The position numbers were made by a program, and so were the translations under genes. A stretch of 12,476 nt of DNA. Source: Gemmatimonadota bacterium. GTDB taxonomy: Bacteria > Gemmatimonadota > Gemmatimonadetes > Longimicrobiales > Gaopeijiaceae. The notes under the pieces are model-generated. The model ran no database searches. It worked only from the letters and a program-made list of their open reading frames with translations, and was not told where the DNA came from. Location: positions 1 to 12,476 of the forward strand of contig JBDHHQ010000128.1 of NCBI GenBank assembly GCA_039589315.1, in the 5' to 3' direction. How positions within the stretch are numbered: position 1 is the first letter of the stretch; each line of letters opens with the position of its first letter. Below are positions 1 to 8,218 of this stretch, in pieces.

Positions 1-2463
1 CCCGAGCTCGCAGCCGTGGTCGGCGCCGAGCGGTTTCTCGCCGAGATCCGCACGACTGCCAACCTCCAGCACCCCCACATCCTGGCGCTGCACGACTCGG
101 GTGAGGTGGAGGGCACGGTCTTCTACGTAATGCCCTTCGTCGAAGGCGAGTCGCTGCGTGACCTGCTGGACCGGGAGAAGCAGCTGCCGGTTGCGGACGC
201 GGTACGCATCGCCATCGAGGTGTGCGGCGCGCTGGACCACGCCCATCGCAAGGGCATCGTCCACCGGGATATCAAGCCTGAGAATATCCTGCTCAACGAG
301 GGCCGGGCCCTGGTCGCCGACTTCGGCATCGCCCTGGCCGCCTCCAGCAGCGCGGGCGCTCGGCTGACCGAGACGGGCATGAGCCTCGGCACACCCCACT
401 ACATGTCGCCCGAACAAGCCACCGGAGAGCGTGGAGTGGACGGGAGGAGCGACATGTACTCCTTGGCCTGCGTGCTGCACGAGATGCTGGTGGGCGAGCC
501 GCCGTTCACCGGTCCCACGGCGCAGGCCATCGTCGCTCGGGTGATTACGGACGAGGCGCCGGCGGTGGGCGAGGCACGGAAGACCGTTCCGACCTACGTG
601 GAAGACGCGCTGCTGACCGCGCTCGAGAAGCTTCCGGCAGACCGGTTCGGCAGCGCGGCGGAGTTCGCGCGAGCGTTGGAGGGCGCCGATGCGGGTTCGA
701 CCGCCCGCAGGCGGGCCGGGCCGACTCGATCATCCGGGCCGCGGTACCTCTGGCCGATCGCGTTCCTGGTCGTGGCAGCACTGGCGCTATGGGGATGGCT
801 CAGGCCCGCTCCGCCGGCGCAGGAGCAGCCCCCGTCCCAACTCGCCGTTCTCGTGCCGCCGGACGGCAGCGCGCTTCTCTATACCGCGATCGCACCGGAC
901 GGCGAGAACCGCACCATGTACCTGTCCCTGGACGAGACCGAGCCCACCGTGCTTCCGGGCGTGGCGCCGTTTCTGTCGAGCTACGTCGTGTCACCGGACG
1001 GACGGGAGTTCATCGGATGGGTCGGAACCCAGGCCAACATGACCGAGGGATATCGTTACTCCATCTCCGGCGGTAGCTCCAGACCCCTCCCTCTCGAGGT
1101 GGGTACGATATTCGCGGCCGCGTGGGGCGACGACGGATCGCTCTGGTTCTCGCCGGGCGACCCGGACCGCGGGGTTGTCCGGCTCACCGACGAGGATGGT
1201 GTGACCGTGCCATTCGGGCCCGAGTACGCGGGTGTGACCATCAATCAGATTCTGCCGGGAGGGAGCCACGCCCTCTACGTGCTCGTCCCCCCGCTCGGGA
1301 GCAACGCGGGCCCGGCCGGTGTCATGGACCTGACCACCGGGGAACGAACGATACTGATCGACTTCGGGGTCGTGGCGATCGGGTACACGGCAGGCTACCT
1401 GGTCTATGCGCTCCCCGATGGCTCGCTCGAGGCCTCGGCTTTCGATCCTGATGCCCGAAGCGTGTCGGGCGACCCGGTCCGAATCGCGACCGGCCTAGCG
1501 CTCACCGGCACGGGAGTCGTGCAGTTCACCGTCGCCAACAACGGGACGGTGGCCTACCAGCCCGAGGAACCTCGGTCACTCACTTTGCTGGACCGTGATG
1601 GTCGGACGCGGCTCGCCACGAGTGAGGCCCGAAACTTCCACGCCCCGATGTTCTCGCCGAACGGCCGCCGCATCTCGACCGACTTCAACTCGGCCGACGG
1701 GCGGGACGTTTGGATCCTGAACCTGGACGACGGGGGTCTGAACCGGGCTACCTTCGACCGAGACGGCCATGATGCCACCTGGACGCCCGACGGCGAGGCG
1801 CTCATCTACACCTCGCTCCGCGACGGGACCCTCGGGGTCTTTCGAACGCGGCCCGGCAGCGCCGAGGCACCCGAAGCCCTCCATTCCTCGGTCGAACTCG
1901 GATGGAGTGGACATTGGCTGAGCGACATGAGCGCATTGGTGTCCGCAGCCACGTCATTGGGCGCAGGCACCGGCACCGACCTGGTCCTCATCCCGGACGG
2001 TGGCGCCGGCCCTCTGGAGCCGCTCGTGGTCACCCGCTTCGAAGAGCAACACCCCAGCGTCTCTCCGGACGATCGCTGGCTGGCCTTCTCGTCCGACCAG
2101 ACGGGCCGGCCCGAAGTGTACGTCCGACCGCTTCGGGGCGACGGCGACCAGCTGCAGGTGTCCTTGTCGGGCGGCATCGAGCCTGTGTGGAGCAGGGACG
2201 GCCGGGAGCTGTTCTACCGGAGCGGTCCCGGTGGCAGCTCCCAACTCATGGCCGCCGCCATCCAGACCGAGCCTGCCCTCTCGGTCACCTCGCGGACCGC
2301 GCTCTTTCCGGCCGGGGAGTATCAGACCGCGACGCCTCACTCCAACTACGACGTCTCGCCCGATGGCCAGACGTTCGCGATGGTCCGCTACAACCCTTCG
2401 ACCCGGATCATGGTGATCCAGAATCTGCCAGCACTCGTCCGAAGGCTGGGCGGGGGCGGGTAG
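1..2463 (+). CDS. Membrane-anchored Hanks-type Ser/Thr protein kinase with C-terminal TolB/PD40-like beta-propeller (5' partial)
   Basis: Frame 1 is open from base 1 (PELAAVVGAERFLAEIRTTANLQHPHIL), so the true start, Gly-loop and catalytic Lys lie upstream of the window. Motifs seen: HRDIKPEN (262-285), DFG (319-327), GTPHYMSPE, DMYSLACV. A hydrophobic helix YLWPIAFLVVAALALWGWL (~745-801) is followed by repeated SPDG/SPNG/TPDG/SRDG propeller motifs. Stop TAG at 2461-2463. Confidence 0.95.
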   Translation, partial: PELAAVVGAERFLAEIRTTANLQHPHILALHDSGEVEGTVFYVMPFVEGESLRDLLDREKQLPVADAVRIAIEVCGALDHAHRKGIVHRDIKPENILLNEGRALVADFGIALAASSSAGARLTETGMSLGTPHYMSPEQATGERGVDGRSDMYSLACVLHEMLVGEPPFTGPTAQAIVARVITDEAPAVGEARKTVPTYVEDALLTALEKLPADRFGSAAEFARALEGADAGSTARRRAGPTRSSGPRYLWPIAFLVVAALALWGWLRPAPPAQEQPPSQLAVLVPPDGSALLYTAIAPDGENRTMYLSLDETEPTVLPGVAPFLSSYVVSPDGREFIGWVGTQANMTEGYRYSISGGSSRPLPLEVGTIFAAAWGDDGSLWFSPGDPDRGVVRLTDEDGVTVPFGPEYAGVTINQILPGGSHALYVLVPPLGSNAGPAGVMDLTTGERTILIDFGVVAIGYTAGYLVYALPDGSLEASAFDPDARSVSGDPVRIATGLALTGTGVVQFTVANNGTVAYQPEEPRSLTLLDRDGRTRLATSEARNFHAPMFSPNGRRISTDFNSADGRDVWILNLDDGGLNRATFDRDGHDATWTPDGEALIYTSLRDGTLGVFRTRPGSAEAPEALHSSVELGWSGHWLSDMSALVSAATSLGAGTGTDLVLIPDGGAGPLEPLVVTRFEEQHPSVSPDDRWLAFSSDQTGRPEVYVRPLRGDGDQLQVSLSGGIEPVWSRDGRELFYRSGPGGSSQLMAAAIQTEPALSVTSRTALFPAGEYQTATPHSNYDVSPDGQTFAMVRYNPSTRIMVIQNLPALVRRLGGGG

Positions 2464-2832
2464 AGGGCCTGCAAAGAGCCACGCTTGCGGACGCGTAGCT
2501 CCTCGAGCGCAACGGCACCCCATGGCATCGCACCCTCCCGTTGGGCCGTCTGCCACGATCCGACGGTCAGATGTTCGCGAAGGTGCGCCCTCCACCACCG
2601 TTCTCCGCGCTCTCTCAGCCCCTCGAACACGGCCCCCAAATGGTCCAACGCCACCTTTCGCCCCTGCCGCATCCATAAATCCTTGCGACCAGCCCTGTGC
2701 CGTTGAGTATTGTCCCCAGTCTGTCCGTCTTCGGCAGCCGCCGCCCCCGCAGTCGAGCCCGGTCACCTCTCTTCTGCCGCGCTGTCGACAAACCGAACAT
2801 CTCTGGTTCAACTCCTCAGCCAGGAGAGCACG

Positions 2833-4785
2833 ATGCCCCCCCAGGCCTGCCCCCTGTTCAACCTGGACGTCGGTTTCCGGAGGCTTTTCGCTGGACTGAC
2901 TACGGTGCTCCTGGCTGTGGCCGGGGCCGCTCACCCCATTACCGCCCAGCAAACGCGAGTGCTGGCGAATGACAATCGGGCACCCGCGGGTGAGCTGCGT
3001 GACGGCGTGCTCACGCTCCGACTGGACGCCCGCAGGGGATCGTTTCATCCCCAGGGTCAAGACGGGCCGGGGTTCGACGTCGAGGCATTCGGAGAGGCCG
3101 GTGGGCCCCTGCAGAATCCCGGTCCGCTGATCCGAGTACCGGCCGGCACGGTAGTGTACGCAAGCGTCACCAACTCCCTCGACCGGGCGCTGCTCGTGCG
3201 GGGGCTCCACGACCGCGGGAAGCCGGCGCCCGATCCCATCGACGTGCCCCCCGGCGAGACTCACGAAGTGCGGTTCCAGCTGACCGAGGCAGGGACGTAC
3301 TACTACTGGGGCCGGACCAGCGATAACCGAAACGGTCTCGGCGTGTTCGAGGATGGGCAGCTCAAGGGCGCCATCGTCGTCGATCCACCGGGGGCCACCG
3401 CGGACGATGAGGTCCTCTTCATCGGGGTGTGGGTGAACCGGGACGACGTGGAGGCACAAGCGGATCATGTCCGCCACACCTTCCTGATCAACGGACTGTC
3501 CTGGCCCTTCACCGAGCCCATGGACGCGGTCGTGGGGGATTCGGTTCACGTGCGTGTCATCAACGCCACGCCGGCGGCCCATCCGATGCACCTGCATGGC
3601 TTCTACTATCGCGTCGACGCGCGCGGAGACGCCCAGCTCGACACCATCTACACCTCCGCGCAGCAGCGCCTGGCTGTGACGGAGAACATGAGAGGAGGTA
3701 CCACGCTCGCGTTGAGCTGGCTGCCCAAGCGCCCAGGCCATTGGCTCTTCCACTGCCACTTCATCGCCCACATCAGTCCCGAGCAGCACATCCTGGACGA
3801 TCCATCGGAGATCGTCCGCGGAGACGACGGCGCGTACCCCGGTGCCGAGTCCAAGAAGCATGAGCAACTGCACGAGCACGCGTACCAGGCGATGGCGGGC
3901 CTGATGATGGGGGTTCTGGTCCGCGACCCCGAGGGGAAGGGCCTGGTGGAGGATCCGAACGCCGAGCGACGCCACCTACGCATATTCGCGAACGCCCGGC
4001 CCGATTATTTCGGGGATGAACCAGGGTTTGGCTACATCCTGCAGGAGGGACCCGAGCCTCCGGCGATGGACTCCGTCCGCATCCCGGGCACCCCGATCGT
4101 CCTGGTCAAGGACGAGCCGGTCGAGGTCACCGTCCACAATCGGACTCCGGTGCCGATCACAGTTCACTGGCACGGGATCGAGCTCGACAGCTATTACGAC
4201 GGCATCGCCGGTTGGAGCGGAGCGGGCTCGCGGCTGACGCCGGCCATCGCGGCCAGCGACTCCTTCGTGGTGCGGTTCACGCCGGACCGAGCGGGTACGT
4301 TCATCTACCACACCCATATGGAGGAGGCTGCCCAGCTTTCCTCCGGGCTATACGCGCCGCTCATCGTCCTCGAGCCGGGCGAAGAGTACGATCCCTATAC
4401 GGACCGTATCTTCATCATGGGATGGGGCGGCCCTGGCGATGACGCGCCGCCGTTCATGAACGGCAGCGCCGCACCACCGCCGCTGGACCTCGAGGCCGGG
4501 CGATCCTACCGGTTGCGGTTCATCAACATCACCCCGAGCAACAACCAGAACATCCGACTCCTGAACGGTGACGAGCTGTGGACGTGGAGGCTGTACGGCA
4601 AGGACGGGGCGGACCTCCCGCCTCATCAGGCCGTGGAGGTCCCCGCGGAGCAGTACCTCGGCGCCGGGGAGACCTACGACTTCGAGATCAGCCCCGATGG
4701 GCCACAGGACCTGTTGCTGGAGGTGACGACGTCCGTACGACGCCGAGAGAACCCCGTGATGGAAGTGCCGATCCGCATCCGGTAG
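2833..4785 (+). CDS. Secreted multicopper oxidase domain protein, apparently four cupredoxin domains (~650 aa)
   Basis: ATG 2833 follows an AGGAGAG SD (2822-2828) and is preferred over TTG 2710. The N-terminus has RRLF plus a hydrophobic stretch (signal peptide, possibly Tat). Copper motifs: HPMHLHG (3580-3600), HCHFIAH (3751-3771), HWHG (4165-4176), HTH (4309-4317). PGPLIRV and PGTPIVL are typical cupredoxin-domain starts. Confidence 0.92.
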   Translation: MPPQACPLFNLDVGFRRLFAGLTTVLLAVAGAAHPITAQQTRVLANDNRAPAGELRDGVLTLRLDARRGSFHPQGQDGPGFDVEAFGEAGGPLQNPGPLIRVPAGTVVYASVTNSLDRALLVRGLHDRGKPAPDPIDVPPGETHEVRFQLTEAGTYYYWGRTSDNRNGLGVFEDGQLKGAIVVDPPGATADDEVLFIGVWVNRDDVEAQADHVRHTFLINGLSWPFTEPMDAVVGDSVHVRVINATPAAHPMHLHGFYYRVDARGDAQLDTIYTSAQQRLAVTENMRGGTTLALSWLPKRPGHWLFHCHFIAHISPEQHILDDPSEIVRGDDGAYPGAESKKHEQLHEHAYQAMAGLMMGVLVRDPEGKGLVEDPNAERRHLRIFANARPDYFGDEPGFGYILQEGPEPPAMDSVRIPGTPIVLVKDEPVEVTVHNRTPVPITVHWHGIELDSYYDGIAGWSGAGSRLTPAIAASDSFVVRFTPDRAGTFIYHTHMEEAAQLSSGLYAPLIVLEPGEEYDPYTDRIFIMGWGGPGDDAPPFMNGSAAPPPLDLEAGRSYRLRFINITPSNNQNIRLLNGDELWTWRLYGKDGADLPPHQAVEVPAEQYLGAGETYDFEISPDGPQDLLLEVTTSVRRRENPVMEVPIRIR

Positions 4786-4846
4786 AGGGAGGTGCGCCCG
4801 CGGGTCGGGCTCTCGTCACCGACTTCGGGAGCGGGCTGGGGTCGTG

Positions 4847-5050
4847 CTGGAAGGAGAACGCCGGTCCGGTGGCTCTCCAGCCCGTGAGGTCGCCGGTCTC
4901 CAAGTCCCACGTGACCCACCCGCAAGTGGAGAGCGAAGGCCGGCTGTCCAACCGCGAAGGACAAGGTGCTCTTGGCTCGAGCGTTCGCACGAGCGCGTCA
5001 GCCTCGGGTAGCCACGCCTCGAGTCCGACCGACGTCGCCGGCCTTTCCAA
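4847..5050 (-). pseudogene. Probable gene remnant containing a (W/N)DxETGDLTGW...AF.FQ motif, resembling the start of a carbohydrate-binding-like beta-sandwich
   Basis: The minus frame reads WDLETGDLTGWRATGPAFSFQ (4909-4847) with mostly G/C third positions. There is no convincing start/SD, and the frame runs on antisense into the MCO gene. The family resemblance is from recall, not from a search. Confidence 0.35.
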
Positions 5051-5075
5051 CCTTCGGCCTTCTTTCCCCGTCTAG

Positions 5076-5097
5076 TATAACAGCGCTATAGTATAGC
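5076..5097 (+). promoter_or_regulatory. AT-rich palindromic putative PadR operator overlapping -10-like hexamers
   Basis: Perfect inverted repeat GCTATA-G-TATAGC (5085-5097) and overlapping imperfect TATAAC-AGC-GCTATA (5076-5090). Contains -10-like TATAAC and TATAGT about 100 bp upstream of the PadR start, in otherwise GC-rich DNA. Confidence 0.55.
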
Positions 5098-5189
5098 TCG
5101 GTTAGTCATGGCACCGGAGAGGGCCACCCGAGCTGGGAATGGTGCTTTCCCAGCACGCGCCCCCCACGACGCGCGCTCAGGAGACAGCG

Positions 5190-5516
5190 ATGAGCAGGAA
5201 GGGACTCGGCGAGTTCGAACACCAGGTGCTGCTGACGATCCTACGGCTCGGCAAAGAATCCTACTCCGTTCCCATCGTGGCGGAGCTGGAGGCCCGAACC
5301 GGCCGTGAGGTCGCCACGTCCGCCGTGTACATCTCGCTTCGCAGGCTCGAGAAGCGGGGCGTCCTCTCTTCTCGCCTTGAATCCCCCGACGAAAACGGCA
5401 CTCCGTATCCGCGGCGCTATTTCGCCCTGACGGAGGCCGCCCTGGAGCCCCTGAAGGAGGCGCGCCGGTCGTTCCTGAGCCTGTGGGACGGGCTCGAGCC
5501 GGCGCTGGACGACTGA
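5190..5516 (+). CDS. PadR-family winged-helix transcriptional regulator (LGEFE subtype, 108 aa)
   Basis: ATG 5190 follows an AGGAGA SD (5179-5184). Sequence LGEFEHQVLLTILRL...SAVYISLRRLEKRG...PRRYFALT. Its stop overlaps the next start (TGATG). Confidence 0.92.
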   Translation: MSRKGLGEFEHQVLLTILRLGKESYSVPIVAELEARTGREVATSAVYISLRRLEKRGVLSSRLESPDENGTPYPRRYFALTEAALEPLKEARRSFLSLWDGLEPALDD

Positions 5517-8194
5517 TGAACCGACCGGGGTGGGGTGAGGCGACGCCACCGCGCCTGGCGCGGTGGATCGTGAGCCGTCTGGCCACGGGAGACCGCTGGC
5601 CTGAGCTGGACGGGGAGCTCATGGAGATGCTGTCCGCGCGGTGGGAGCAGGACGGCGCCGGCGCCGCTCGCCGATGGTATTGGCGGCAGGCAGTGGGATT
5701 CCTGCTTCGGGGACCCGCGACGCGTCGAGTTTCGAGAGCGGACGAGGAAAGGGAGGCGGTCATGCGCGGGTGGCTCGAGGACCTTTGGCGGGACCTGAAG
5801 GTGACGGTGCGGGGACTGAGAAAGCGACCGACGTACGCGGCCGTAGCGGTGGCCACCCTGGCGCTGGGCATCGGGGCCAACGCAGCGATCTTCACGCTGG
5901 TGAGCGCGCATTTCTTCACCCCGCTCCCCTATGAGCGCCCGGACGAGCTGGTGCTGTTGTGGGAGACCGGGCGCAACTCCGACGAGAACACGACCGTCGC
6001 CCCGGGCAACTATTTCACCTGGCGGGAGACGGCGAGCTCCTTCGTGGACGTCGCCGCCTACAACGTGAGCGCGGTGACCCTTTCGGGTGACGCCGTCGCC
6101 GAGCGAGTGACGTCGAGCGTGGTGGTGCCCCACTTCTTCGACGTGCTGGGCACGCCGGCACAGCTCGGCGGCACCTTTCGGGAGGAAGCGGTGCGGGCCG
6201 CTGACAGGCGTCAGGTGGTCATCAGCCACTCCCTCTGGGTCCGACGGTACGGCTCGGACCCGGAGATCGTGGGCACCGACATCCGGGTGAACGGATCTCC
6301 GTACACGGTGGTGGGCGTGATGCCGGCGAGCTTCCGCCAGCCCGAGCGTTCCCTGAGCTGGCAGGACGCGGAGCTGTGGCGGCCCATACTGCTGGACGGC
6401 GAGGAACAGGACTTCCGGTCGCGCTACCTTCGCACGGTGGCCCGCCTCCGGGACGGGGTGTCCGTGGAGCAGGCCCGTCAGGAGATGTCGCTCACGGCGG
6501 CCCGCATGGCCGAGGCGTACCCGGAGGCCAACGCAGGGCGGAGCATCCTCGTGCTGCCGGTCGACGAGTACCTCCTGGGCGACGCCCGTCCTACCCTCCT
6601 CATGCTGCTCATGGCAGGGTTCGCGGTGCTCGTGATCGTGTGCGCCAACGTGGCGAACATGACGTTGGCCCGAGGTCAGGAGCGCGCGCGCGAGTTCGCG
6701 GTTCGCGCAGCCCTGGGGTCCGGACGGACCCGACTCCTCAGACAGGTCCTGGTGGAAGGTATGCTGTTGGCCGTCACCGGAGCTGCGGTGGGCGTGATCG
6801 TCGTGCTCGGCGCCAAGGATCTGCTCCAGGGGCTTCAGGCGCAGTACTTCTCGGGCCTGGTGGATGTGTCTGTGGACGGCACGGTCGTGGGCATCACCGC
6901 TGTGGTGGCCCTGGCTACGGGTATGGTGTTCGGCCTGCCCGTTGCCCTTGCGGCGTCCAGGCTGGACCTGCGCGCCGCGCTGGTGGAGGGTGGGGCTGGC
7001 GGCGGGCGAGGCCCGCGTTCCGCGCGGACCCGCGCCCTGCTCGTCGTCGGGCAGGTGGCCCTGGCCACGACGCTGCTCGTGGTGGCCACCCTGCTATCCC
7101 GCTCGTTCAACAGCCTGGTCAACGTGCCGCCGGGCTTCGAGGCCGAGGGCCGCCTCACGTTCGATCTGGCCGCCACCGCACGCTACGAGGACCGCGAAGC
7201 GGTCAAGGGCTATTTCCGCGAAGTCTGGCGGGAGCTCGAAGCGATCCCAGGTGTGACCGGCCTCACGATGGTGTCGGACATGCCCTTCACGACTGAGAAC
7301 CGTTGGACGTCGCTGCAGATCGACGGCGTGCCCTTCGACCCCACCGATCCGCCCCAAGCCGAGTTCCACACGGTACTGCCCGCTTACTTCGACGTGATGG
7401 GCATCGATCTCATGGCGGGCACTCTGCCCGTGGACGCCTGGGAGCCGGTGGAGGGCGAGGTGCCCGTGGCGGTGAACCGCCGACTGGCCGAGGCCTTCTG
7501 GCCTGGACGCGATCCCCTCGGGGCCACCCTCACGCTGGATTGGGATCCGTCATGGACCCTGCGGGTGGCCGCGGTGGTGGCCAACGTCCTGGACGATGGA
7601 TACGACGCCGCGCCCGATCCGGTCTTCTACCTGCCCTATGGCGCCATCCCGCAGCGCGGGATGTCCGTCATCCTGCGCACCGAGGGCGATCCGGCCACCT
7701 TGATTCCGGCGGTCCGGAACGCGGTCTCCCGCGTCGATCCGGACATCCCGGCGGCCGAGCTGCGCCCCCTCCAGGGTATGCTGGCCGAGACGGTCGCCAG
7801 GCCCAGGGCCGCGTCGCTGATCGGATCGGTCTTCGCCGTGATCGCCGTGTTGGTGGCCGCCGTGGGCATTTACGGCGTGCTGAGCTATGCCGTGCAGAGA
7901 CGCGCGCGTGAGATCGCCATCCGTGCCGCGCTCGGCGCGTCCACGCGGCAGCTCATCGGCATGGTGCTGGGGCAATCGACGCGTCTCGTGGCTGTGGGCC
8001 TGGTGTTCGGCCTGGGCGGCGCGCTGCTGGCTGGATCGGCCCTTTCGGGGCTGCTCTTCGGCGTGCGAGCCTGGGATCCTGTGAGCCTGGCCGCCGCCTC
8101 TGTCCTCCTGGGTGGCGTGGGCACCCTGGCGGCGTGGCTTCCAGCCCGGCGCGCCGTGCGGGTGGATCCCAACACGACGCTCCGGGCGGATTGA
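5516..8194 (+). CDS. ADOP-type duplicated ABC permease (MacB/FtsX-like, 892 aa) with PPRLA...RRWYWRQ N-terminal prefix
   Basis: ATG 5516 is coupled to the PadR stop. Motifs: TLALGIGANAAIF, YTVVGVMP, CANVANM...REFAVRAALG, GIYGVLSYAV...REIAIRAALGA, WLPARRAVRVDP...LRAD. It has two periplasmic + FtsX repeats and no Walker motifs. Confidence 0.95.
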   Translation: MNRPGWGEATPPRLARWIVSRLATGDRWPELDGELMEMLSARWEQDGAGAARRWYWRQAVGFLLRGPATRRVSRADEEREAVMRGWLEDLWRDLKVTVRGLRKRPTYAAVAVATLALGIGANAAIFTLVSAHFFTPLPYERPDELVLLWETGRNSDENTTVAPGNYFTWRETASSFVDVAAYNVSAVTLSGDAVAERVTSSVVVPHFFDVLGTPAQLGGTFREEAVRAADRRQVVISHSLWVRRYGSDPEIVGTDIRVNGSPYTVVGVMPASFRQPERSLSWQDAELWRPILLDGEEQDFRSRYLRTVARLRDGVSVEQARQEMSLTAARMAEAYPEANAGRSILVLPVDEYLLGDARPTLLMLLMAGFAVLVIVCANVANMTLARGQERAREFAVRAALGSGRTRLLRQVLVEGMLLAVTGAAVGVIVVLGAKDLLQGLQAQYFSGLVDVSVDGTVVGITAVVALATGMVFGLPVALAASRLDLRAALVEGGAGGGRGPRSARTRALLVVGQVALATTLLVVATLLSRSFNSLVNVPPGFEAEGRLTFDLAATARYEDREAVKGYFREVWRELEAIPGVTGLTMVSDMPFTTENRWTSLQIDGVPFDPTDPPQAEFHTVLPAYFDVMGIDLMAGTLPVDAWEPVEGEVPVAVNRRLAEAFWPGRDPLGATLTLDWDPSWTLRVAAVVANVLDDGYDAAPDPVFYLPYGAIPQRGMSVILRTEGDPATLIPAVRNAVSRVDPDIPAAELRPLQGMLAETVARPRAASLIGSVFAVIAVLVAAVGIYGVLSYAVQRRAREIAIRAALGASTRQLIGMVLGQSTRLVAVGLVFGLGGALLAGSALSGLLFGVRAWDPVSLAAASVLLGGVGTLAAWLPARRAVRVDPNTTLRAD

Positions 8195-8218
8195 TCCGCG
8201 CTCCGAGGCGCCCCCCTC

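Noticed and set aside
2485..2706. Cys/His-containing 73-aa ORF upstream of the MCO as a possible metal-sensing leader peptide
   Set aside because: TTG start without SD, non-coding-like codon usage, and no signal peptide or clear metal-binding motif pattern.
2683..2713. Canonical CueR box
   Set aside because: The 19-bp spacer lacks the ACCTTCC-N7-GGAAGGT-like dyad, and no MerR-family gene is in the window. Kept only as a shared-motif observation.
2710..2832. Longer N-termini from the ORF track (starts at 2710, 5139, 5483, 11231, 11404)
   Set aside because: The downstream starts have SD sequences, translational coupling or signal peptides and match family N-termini. The extensions overlap regulatory DNA or neighbouring genes.
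1954..3975. 673-aa minus-strand ORF
   Set aside because: It is an antisense shadow of the kinase and MCO genes and has no recognisable motifs. Long stop-free antisense frames are expected in GC-rich coding DNA.
4792..5000. GTGCGCCCG resembling a group II intron 5' end, with several GC stems and GNRA-like loops suggesting an ncRNA
   Set aside because: There is no domain V/VI or RT ORF, and no RNase P, SRP or tmRNA signature. The stems are explainable by GC content, and a gene remnant fits the region better.
8195..8218. Bidirectional terminator between the convergent permeases
   Set aside because: Only a 4-bp GCGC/GCGC stem is present, with no U-tract on either strand.
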